Source: a virus
Lineage: Duplodnaviria; Caudoviricetes
DNA length: 63,715 bases
Strand: one strand, 5' to 3'
Virus record (IMG/VR): IMGVR_UViG_3300025030_000014
Span: 1-63,715 of that record
The notes below the pieces were generated by a model that saw nothing but the letters and a program-made list of their open reading frames with translations, ran no database searches and had not been told where the DNA came from. Position 1 is the first letter of the stretch. Every line of letters begins with the position of its first letter. Positions 56,960 through 63,715 of the stretch are shown here, one piece after another. Both the position numbers and the translations under genes were made by a program.

Positions 56960-57273
56960 AACACAACCTCATCTTGCTCCAACACACTAGTCTCAGGATA
57001 CTCAAATCCATCATCAATCTGAGTAGCAGTGCTACGCATCATGTAGTTCTGAATCTCCTGCCTGATAGTCGCGCAGTCTATAACCTCTTCGTACTTCCCA
57101 ATCCTAACCCTTATCTTCCCCCTATAACGCCTTACTACCATTCTAAGAACTTCGGCACAGATGAGATTTAAATCACCTGTGCCGATTTTGTTCTCTACAT
57201 AGGCAATATCAGCGTCACTAATCACAGAGGCAGGAAGTTGTAACTCTGATCTGACTGATGTGATAGTAGACAT
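56956..57273 (-). CDS. Head-tail adaptor
   Basis: VR.EL....ISDADI helical pattern directly after MCP; AGGAG RBS before ATG 57273. Confidence 0.6.
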   Translation of the reverse strand: MSTITSVRSELQLPASVISDADIAYVENKIGTGDLNLICAEVLRMVVRRYRGKIRVRIGKYEEVIDCATIRQEIQNYMMRSTATQIDDGFEYPETSVLEQDEVVL

Positions 57274-57347
57274 ACTATCTCTCCTAGAGATAGCCAGCGC
57301 GTACATGATGGACTATGCAGAGGCGCTGGGCGTATTACTCACTAGTG

Positions 57348-58289
57348 TTACGTCAAAGGAGCATCGACAAAGAGGCCAAGGTCAGCGGCCACTTTCTTCA
57401 TCCCATGATAGTTATGTGCCTCAACCCGCCAAGCCTTAGGATCTTCACGATACCAAGTCTCAACGCCATAACCAGCAGTACCATAGCCAGTCCAGCCAAA
57501 GTTATAGCCAGCACTGGGGTCTTCCAAGGAAGGATTAGCCGCACAGTGGAGAAGCTGGAACTTATCACCAGCGATATATCCAATAGAAGCAGCAGCACCA
57601 TAGTTAGCAGTATCAACAATAGCACGAAGGACGATGATCTCATCCAGCTCAAGGATAGAAGCCAGCATAGCTTCAGTAATCTGTGCAGTGGGGACAGTAC
57701 TACCAGAGCTAAAGAGCGTACCTTTGATAGTCGGGTGACGCTTCAGCACGTCAAATACCTTCTGACTCATGACTGCTTTATTCGGACTAAAGCCAGTGGC
57801 ACTTGCCATAGTACGTTTAAATCCATCAATGTCTTCCAGAGGGACAGAGTTAGCCGCATCCCACTTAGGATTCGGTGCAGCAGCATCAGTACCCCAGACA
57901 CCAGTTTTGAAGAAGTTAGACACGTATGCAACTTCGTCGTACAGAGCAATCTTGTGAGTAACCCGACGAGTAGCGGCTTTTTGAGGATTCAACGGAGCAG
58001 GGTCATTAGCAACATACTCACGAGGGACATCTTCGTGGAAAGAAATGTCTTTGCAGACATAGCTATCAGTCCCACGGCCCTGCGGAGAACCCTCGCTCTC
58101 AGTACCAGGCATACGTTCAGCAGCTTCATTCTTCAGCCAGTAACTCTTATCCCAAGTAGGGAAAGTGCTGGATTGAAGAGTAACAGGGCAGAGAGGGAAG
58201 ATCTTACCAGCTTTGAAAGCCTTCGGATCTTGCATGTACTTCAAACCAACATTGGTGAGAGTAGTAGAGAATTGAGTAGCGAGCGGCAT
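57348..58289 (-). CDS. Major capsid protein
   Basis: 313 aa; LTNV...Y, IFP..PV, KWD..NS.P..DI, PN..VM...VF..LK.HP, PSAGY.F.W. Confidence 0.9.
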   Translation of the reverse strand: MPLATQFSTTLTNVGLKYMQDPKAFKAGKIFPLCPVTLQSSTFPTWDKSYWLKNEAAERMPGTESEGSPQGRGTDSYVCKDISFHEDVPREYVANDPAPLNPQKAATRRVTHKIALYDEVAYVSNFFKTGVWGTDAAAPNPKWDAANSVPLEDIDGFKRTMASATGFSPNKAVMSQKVFDVLKRHPTIKGTLFSSGSTVPTAQITEAMLASILELDEIIVLRAIVDTANYGAAASIGYIAGDKFQLLHCAANPSLEDPSAGYNFGWTGYGTAGYGVETWYREDPKAWRVEAHNYHGMKKVAADLGLFVDAPLT

Positions 58290-58314
58290 AGTGTAGTCTC
58301 CTTTTAAAGGTTAA

Positions 58315-58653
58315 TTAGACAATCTTGCAACGGGTAAGCTGGCCATCTGCCATAGTTTCGAGCGGGATGCAGCAGACAAGATCAGCATCAGTGCCATCAG
58401 CAGCAGAGGCAGTAGCTTTACCAGCGGCGTCACTACGACAGGGAACACCAGCGTTGATAGCGCCGCTACCCTGTACGAGAGCAATCCCACCAATCTGGAC
58501 TTGGCCAGAAGTCTCAGAAGCGCTAGTACCTTCGTAGGCAACACCAACAGCGCGGAGAGTAGCAGAGAGGGTGCCAGCCCCAGAGATCAGCAATCCACGA
58601 GCAGTAGAAGCCGGAATGGGCATAGTGATGAGCGTTTTACCTTGGTCAGCCAT
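58315..58653 (-). CDS. Capsid decoration/cement protein
   Basis: Ala/Gly-rich, AVGVA...GIALV..GAI.AG...SDAAGKA; between protease and MCP. Confidence 0.75.
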   Translation of the reverse strand: MADQGKTLITMPIPASTARGLLISGAGTLSATLRAVGVAYEGTSASETSGQVQIGGIALVQGSGAINAGVPCRSDAAGKATASAADGTDADLVCCIPLETMADGQLTRCKIV

Positions 58654-58664
58654 GTGATGTCTCC

Positions 58665-60011
58665 TTAGTTAGCGGGTTTGAAAAGGGAAGGATAGAGAGT
58701 CGATGCAGCTTCAATAGCAGCATCAATGTCAGTGATTTTACCTTCAGCGAGGATGGATTCTACAGCAGCGTCGATAGTAGCGGGGGTAGTTTTATCTTCT
58801 GCGTCAGTGGTGTGCGCGTCAGGGGTAGTCTCAGTCAACTCACCAGCAAGTTCTTTGATCTGAGTAGCCATCCCCGTCAGCTTACCAAAGATGAGGTCAG
58901 CGGTAGAAGCTTCGACAGCCAAGAGAGCTTCAGCCAGAGCAGCGTCATCAATCTTCACAGCTTTCAGCTTACCAGTGATCTCACTCAGCTTCTCTTTCCG
59001 AGCAGTCTCAGTCTTCTCAGCAGCCAGAGCTGCAACGGCATCTTCCTTCTCTTTAGCCAAAGCAGTAAGAATACTACCTTGATCTGCAAGCAGTTTGGTC
59101 TGTTCTGCAATAGTAGCTTGCAGAGTAGCAAACTGTTCGGCAGAGATTACATTAACCTGCCCAGTAGTTTCAGCCATCTTCATGTCTCCTTTGAGTGTTT
59201 GGGCGACTTTCATCGCGTGTTTCATACTTCCTACTTCGTGGATGAGGCCGAGGGTACGAGCCTTGGTAGCAATGTGAGTACGGGCATCTGCAAGAGTGAT
59301 TGCTTGTTCTACGGAGATACCTAGATTACGAGCGATGTCTTCTACGAAGAGAGTGTAGTAGTCATCAATAGAAGCTTGGAGATATTCTTTAGCTTCTCCT
59401 TCTAGTGGCTCAGAAGAGTTGCCAGCAGATTTGAACTTACCTGCGTAGATGTAGGTAGTCTTCAACCCTGCGGCTTCTTCACCTTTGCTCCAGTCTTGAT
59501 GCTTGGTAATAACACCAATAGATCCAATGGACGCAGTAGGAAAGCCCACCATTTTATCAGCAGCAGAGCCTATCCAGTACGCTGCACTGCACATTTGTCC
59601 AGAGGTGAAAGCTACTATAGGCTTCTTACCTCGTGACTCGTAGATAAAGTCTGCTAACTCCTTCGTCCCTGTCACTGTACCACCTGGACTGTCTATGTTT
59701 AGTATAATACCAGAAACGCTAGAATTATCAAGTGCTTCTTGTATACACTGCTTGTAGTCATCAGTGGTGTGCCCACCAGAGATAGCTTCGAGGCCATAGA
59801 GCTTTTTGCAGATAGTGCCACAGATGTTGATTACTGCATTACCATCCTGCATAGTCATGAGATCATCAGAGTCTGCCGAATCCCCTGACTTGAGATAGAC
59901 TGGATTACCATCTAGATGATTGGAGACTACTGTGAGCAGGACATCCAAATGATCTTTAGTAATTGCCCAGGCAGTAGTTTCCATGAACCTTATAATTGAC
60001 TTATCTTTCAT
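58665..60011 (-). CDS. S49 head maturation protease with C-terminal scaffold
   Basis: IDSPGG, MCSAAYWIGS, IGSIGV, AGKFK, then an acidic Ala-rich coiled coil. Confidence 0.9.
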   Translation of the reverse strand: MKDKSIIRFMETTAWAITKDHLDVLLTVVSNHLDGNPVYLKSGDSADSDDLMTMQDGNAVINICGTICKKLYGLEAISGGHTTDDYKQCIQEALDNSSVSGIILNIDSPGGTVTGTKELADFIYESRGKKPIVAFTSGQMCSAAYWIGSAADKMVGFPTASIGSIGVITKHQDWSKGEEAAGLKTTYIYAGKFKSAGNSSEPLEGEAKEYLQASIDDYYTLFVEDIARNLGISVEQAITLADARTHIATKARTLGLIHEVGSMKHAMKVAQTLKGDMKMAETTGQVNVISAEQFATLQATIAEQTKLLADQGSILTALAKEKEDAVAALAAEKTETARKEKLSEITGKLKAVKIDDAALAEALLAVEASTADLIFGKLTGMATQIKELAGELTETTPDAHTTDAEDKTTPATIDAAVESILAEGKITDIDAAIEAASTLYPSLFKPAN

Positions 60012-61337
60012 CTATTCTTCCTCCTCTATGGGATCTTCTGAGTCTTCCTTCTTTTTCTTCTGCACTTCTTTAACAGGCTTATTCTCTTCTATCTTCCTAG
60101 CACTCTTAGGATCCGCACTAGGCATGGCTGCTTCATTGCGGAGATATTCTTCGAGTACATCATCAGGGGTTAGGACGTTGAATTTGAGTAGACGGCCTAA
60201 GAATCCTGCAAGCTCAGTGAGGTTAGGCTTGGAGATACCTACAGGCTTGACATACGGACGCTTCTTTAACCCATTCAACGCTACAAGAGCTGGCACACCA
60301 ATAAACTGAGTGTTGATGACGTTAGCGATAGTAGCAGCGAATCCTTCTACAGCCCGATTGAACAAATCCTTCTGCTCTTTAGCCAAGGCAAAGGAGCCAG
60401 AGGAGTTTACAACACCTAGGATAAGGAACTGAGACAACATACTCATAGCGATGTTGGCGGAGTATCTATCAATAACGAGGTTCATATCAAACTGACGATT
60501 ACCAGGACTACCTATAAGCTTCACTTCCCACCCAGGAGGAAGTACTAAGCCTTCTTGAGAGTTGCGTTTAATGCTACGAACAGTATTCCAACTCCACTGC
60601 CCGATAGCATTAAGAGCACCTTTATCATCTGTCAACTCACAGTTCTCAGGAGCAGTTAGAACAGGTAATCCTGTCAAATCCCGCTCAATCCCCATTGCTT
60701 CTACTTGCTCATAGTTAGTCTTGTAGTACCACGAGCGATAGGCATTACGAAAGAGAGACTTCCCTAATGGATTAACCTGAGTCTTCGTTGTGGTGAATAG
60801 TAGACACTTCTTAGCAGGAATATCCACCACATTACCAGAAAGTCCCTGCTGTTGAATAGTGACTAACTTTCCGTGTTTGTCATATTTCCAGTCAGAGAGG
60901 GTGGTTTGGGGCCGATAGTGCATGGAACCCCAGATGTAGGAGCCATCCTCACGCTCCTTCATGGTAACTTCCATGACATTGTGACCATAAATGAACTGAG
61001 TACAGACATCTTCTATGCGCTCCTGCCAGTTTACCTCAGCAAGAGAGTCACGAAGAATGTTATCATCATCATCCATACACTTCCATTCCGTAGCTTGGAA
61101 GATCTTGGTGAGGACGAGTAGAATAGATCCACAAATAGGATCATTGAGTCCCATCTTACGGAACTCGAACTTGTAGAGATCTCCTCTGAGTCTATTCTCC
61201 ACCTCAGAGTCTATATCTCTGTCGAATACCCCTTTGATGGTCATAAGCCCAGAAGGAGAAACTACCTTCTTTTCTAACGGAGCTGGCTTGTCATCAGGAG
61301 CTTCTACGGATTTGCTGAAGAAGTTATATTTTCTCAA
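60012..61337 (-). CDS. Portal protein (DUF935-like)
   Basis: YG..VME, NPLG.SL.R.AY..W..K, GIERDLTGLP, GSFALA. Confidence 0.9.
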   Translation of the reverse strand: MRKYNFFSKSVEAPDDKPAPLEKKVVSPSGLMTIKGVFDRDIDSEVENRLRGDLYKFEFRKMGLNDPICGSILLVLTKIFQATEWKCMDDDDNILRDSLAEVNWQERIEDVCTQFIYGHNVMEVTMKEREDGSYIWGSMHYRPQTTLSDWKYDKHGKLVTIQQQGLSGNVVDIPAKKCLLFTTTKTQVNPLGKSLFRNAYRSWYYKTNYEQVEAMGIERDLTGLPVLTAPENCELTDDKGALNAIGQWSWNTVRSIKRNSQEGLVLPPGWEVKLIGSPGNRQFDMNLVIDRYSANIAMSMLSQFLILGVVNSSGSFALAKEQKDLFNRAVEGFAATIANVINTQFIGVPALVALNGLKKRPYVKPVGISKPNLTELAGFLGRLLKFNVLTPDDVLEEYLRNEAAMPSADPKSARKIEENKPVKEVQKKKKEDSEDPIEEEE

Positions 61338-62760
61338 AGGTAGACTCCACGGCGAGGTTATTATTCATCAGGAGAAAGGCATTAACGTCTATTTGGGTAT
61401 AGTGATTACGATTGACTACAAAGTGCCGGAAGGTACAAAGCATGAGGGAGTCGGAGTAGTCAGGAGAGTAGCCGAGTTTATTCTTGATGTAGACTTTATC
61501 TACTACTTGCAGAGGCTCTTTTTCCTCTATTACATTGAAGAGAGTAAGCTCCTCAAAGTAGCGAGGCTCTTCTGGGATAGCAAGTTCAGGAAAAGCATCA
61601 CTTAACTGCTTGTAGAGTTCAGCCCTGAGGTTCTTATACGCCTCTGGATCAGCTGCTCTAGCATTGGTGACTACTTTGTAGGTAGTGAAACCCTTTTCTA
61701 CCCTCAACAGGTCATACGCACCACAACCACAGCCATTGTACTCTACGAAAACCTCTTTTGCTCCATGATCTCGTAGTAGTTGAGCACACTTAGCACTAAG
61801 CTCTTGAACATTCTTATGCTTAATCCTATATGGCTTAAATATATACCCTCCACGCCGAATAGTCAACACAGAGGAGTCATTCTGCCCAGCAGAGGGGTCT
61901 AGTCCTGCTACTACAATACCAGAGTCTGGTGGCTCCATGAGATTCCAGCGCATGTTGGCGGATTGTATCATCTCAAGGGAGAAGAGATTCGTACCCGCGC
62001 CAGAAGGGAACTCACCTAGTACTTTAGTCTTAAAGAAGTCACTATCTTCTCCATGAATAGTCCTCATACGCTCTATCCACTCACGTTGAGCAAAGGGAGA
62101 GTTGATAGAGGAGAGAGTTACTTGATACCAAACAGCTTTGTTCTTGTTGAAAGCATCATAGAAGTATCCATTAGGTCTAGTAGGGTTGCCTACCATTAAG
62201 CAGTAGACATTCTTCTGAATCATCGAGCCTTCGATACCTAGGAATACTGGATCAGGGACGCCACTCGCTTCGTCGATCAAAAAAAGTAAGTAAGGTGCAT
62301 GAAATCCTGCCAGCACGTCACCTAGCTTATCCTTTGCATCCTTGGGAATAGTACGCCCGACTATGTACCAGTCAGAGTAGCCCTTTATGTAGATCTTACC
62401 TTTGATAGCTACAATGGAATCACGAATGAAAGGAACTTTGATCTTCCTTATCCAAGAGGTCATCTCAGCAAATAGCAAGTCTTCTAGCTGATGTCCTGTA
62501 GGAGCAGTACAGACGACCTTGGATTCATATCGTGTGGTCAAGAACCAAAGCGCTGTCGTTGCTGCTCTTGTCGTTTTTCCTGTAGTAGTTCCTGACTTAG
62601 CTACTATGAAATTATGCTTGGATAAGTCACATTTACGCTGGTCACTAGTAATCTCCGCCCCAAGAATCTCCTTCATCCAGAGTTCGTAGTTATTAATGTA
62701 ACGCTCAGTATACTGCGCTGGAGTCATTACATTCTGGGGTTCTGCTTCCTTGTGAGACAT
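61324..62760 (-). CDS. terL: Terminase large subunit
   Basis: KSGTTTGKT, TAPT..QL, LAGFH, IDEASGV, GNPTR, GLDPS, SPD.SD. Confidence 0.93.
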   Translation of the reverse strand: MSHKEAEPQNVMTPAQYTERYINNYELWMKEILGAEITSDQRKCDLSKHNFIVAKSGTTTGKTTRAATTALWFLTTRYESKVVCTAPTGHQLEDLLFAEMTSWIRKIKVPFIRDSIVAIKGKIYIKGYSDWYIVGRTIPKDAKDKLGDVLAGFHAPYLLFLIDEASGVPDPVFLGIEGSMIQKNVYCLMVGNPTRPNGYFYDAFNKNKAVWYQVTLSSINSPFAQREWIERMRTIHGEDSDFFKTKVLGEFPSGAGTNLFSLEMIQSANMRWNLMEPPDSGIVVAGLDPSAGQNDSSVLTIRRGGYIFKPYRIKHKNVQELSAKCAQLLRDHGAKEVFVEYNGCGCGAYDLLRVEKGFTTYKVVTNARAADPEAYKNLRAELYKQLSDAFPELAIPEEPRYFEELTLFNVIEEKEPLQVVDKVYIKNKLGYSPDYSDSLMLCTFRHFVVNRNHYTQIDVNAFLLMNNNLAVESTFEKI

Positions 62761-62762
62761 TG

Positions 62763-63095
62763 CTAGTCCTCCAAGTAGACATAAGTATAATGCAACTTTG
62801 CAAACTCTTTAGCTTGGATAGTCATTTTAGGACTATCTATAACAATAACATTATCAGCACAATAACCAGCGATATCTTCTATATCTACTGGATTAATTAA
62901 CTTAAGAAACTGCTCAACTAGATATGGACTTCTTAATGCACCATTAACTATTTTAAAGTCAGTATACTTAAACCTATGATTCACAGTAGCTATAATGCTA
63001 TTGGCTAAAGTAGTAAATACCTCTTCATCTGAGATGAGGACTTTAATGCTTCTACTCCGCAAGAACAATTCTACCAAATCTCTCTTCTTCATCAC
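62763..63095 (-). CDS. Hypothetical protein
   Basis: Packed ORF upstream of TerL. Confidence 0.55.
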   Translation of the reverse strand: MMKKRDLVELFLRSRSIKVLISDEEVFTTLANSIIATVNHRFKYTDFKIVNGALRSPYLVEQFLKLINPVDIEDIAGYCADNVIVIDSPKMTIQAKEFAKLHYTYVYLED

Positions 63096-63547
63096 ATCTC
63101 CTGAGGGGATAAACGAGTGTATTGTAGGGATACTAGATGCTCTATGGCTTCTTCTCTACTGCACTCAAGCTGCTGCTGAACAATGTGGATAGGATTATAG
63201 AACCTCTCACAGGCATAGCACTTGATAGCATTCTCCTTCTGTAAGACTTGCCAGCCACGAGGGGTGTCACAGCAAAGAGACTCACACTTATTGTGGGAGT
63301 CAAGCTCCAAGAGAAGCCAAATAGGATAAGCCCTCGCAATCGTATAATCCTGAGGATTGAAGTGACTATGATCTACCAGATCCTCTATGATGAACTCTTC
63401 AATGGAATGAGCAGGCATCACAGCCCTAGTATGACACTCCCCACACACAGCAGAGATAGAAGGAACTAACCTATCCTTCACTAACTCCGTATACAGCCCG
63501 AAGACTATATGCTTCGAGCTGCACTTCTCACAGAATACCTTTTCCAT
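63092..63547 (-). CDS. Zinc-binding hypothetical protein
   Basis: CEKC, CGEC, C...CC and CYAC motifs. Confidence 0.65.
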   Translation of the reverse strand: MEKVFCEKCSSKHIVFGLYTELVKDRLVPSISAVCGECHTRAVMPAHSIEEFIIEDLVDHSHFNPQDYTIARAYPIWLLLELDSHNKCESLCCDTPRGWQVLQKENAIKCYACERFYNPIHIVQQQLECSREEAIEHLVSLQYTRLSPQEM

Positions 63548-63715
63548 CTACTTCTTTCCTCTCAGTGACATTCCCCGAACTCCAAACCACCAGCCGAGTG
63601 AGGTAGAAGCAAGAAAGAGAATAGTGTCAATCACAGCGAAGATGATTGAGAGCATTTGTAGCTTAATCTCAGGAGAGTTGAGCATCGAAGGGGCGTACTT
63701 GTCGAGATAGTAGAC
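63548..63715 (-). CDS. 3' part of the junction-spanning putative holin (see 1-517)
   Basis: ...GWWFGVRGMSLRGKK with TAG at 63548-63550, directly before the next ATG. Confidence 0.7.
   Translation of the reverse strand, partial: VYYLDKYAPSMLNSPEIKLQMLSIIFAVIDTILFLASTSLGWWFGVRGMSLRGKK
63589..63715. repeat. Terminal direct repeat (copy 2)
   Basis: Identical to 1-127. Confidence 0.95.

Noticed and set aside
57315-58307. 330-aa + strand ORF (and similar antisense ORFs such as 58812-59324, 7426-7830, 54760-55182)
   Set aside because: These are antisense shadows of well-supported genes caused by codon bias; no motifs or RBS.
1-63715. Stop-codon reassignment suggested by TAG richness
   Set aside because: Conserved genes are full length in the standard code, TAG/TGA/TAA end genes at coupled junctions, and there is no suppressor tRNA.

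Overview
The window looks like a complete, circularly assembled (127-bp terminal overlap) 63.6-kb genome of a lytic, long non-contractile-tailed dsDNA phage. No integrase, repressor or CRISPR array is visible. The + strand (6.9-43.0 kb) carries many small early genes followed by a replication/nucleotide module: UvrD helicase, PAPS-reductase-like protein, PD-(D/E)XK nuclease, Sak4/AAA_24, DUF669 SSB, ATP-dependent ligase, a two-gene family A polymerase with a mini-intein, dNMP kinase, DUF3987 ATPase, class II RNR, HNH-AP2 and DnaQ-like exonuclease. The - strand (6.4 kb, through the junction, to 43.05 kb) carries tail fibre, lysis, terminase, portal, protease, capsid, two tail-tube paralogues, frameshifted tail chaperones, tape measure, a lambda-like tail tip and a pectate-lyase-bearing tail protein. 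The most unusual element is a roughly 580-nt ORF-less group I (IC3-like) ribozyme with large peripheral extensions at about 22989-23569. It sits in a non-coding locus with no recognisable host gene, its flanks can base-pair with each other, and a lone tRNA-Trp follows it. Other notable signals are a conserved family of intergenic hairpins, an origin-like palindrome with dispersed GTGAGTGAG motifs, and sigma54-like boxes. All protein family calls come from motif recognition by eye; no database searches were run.
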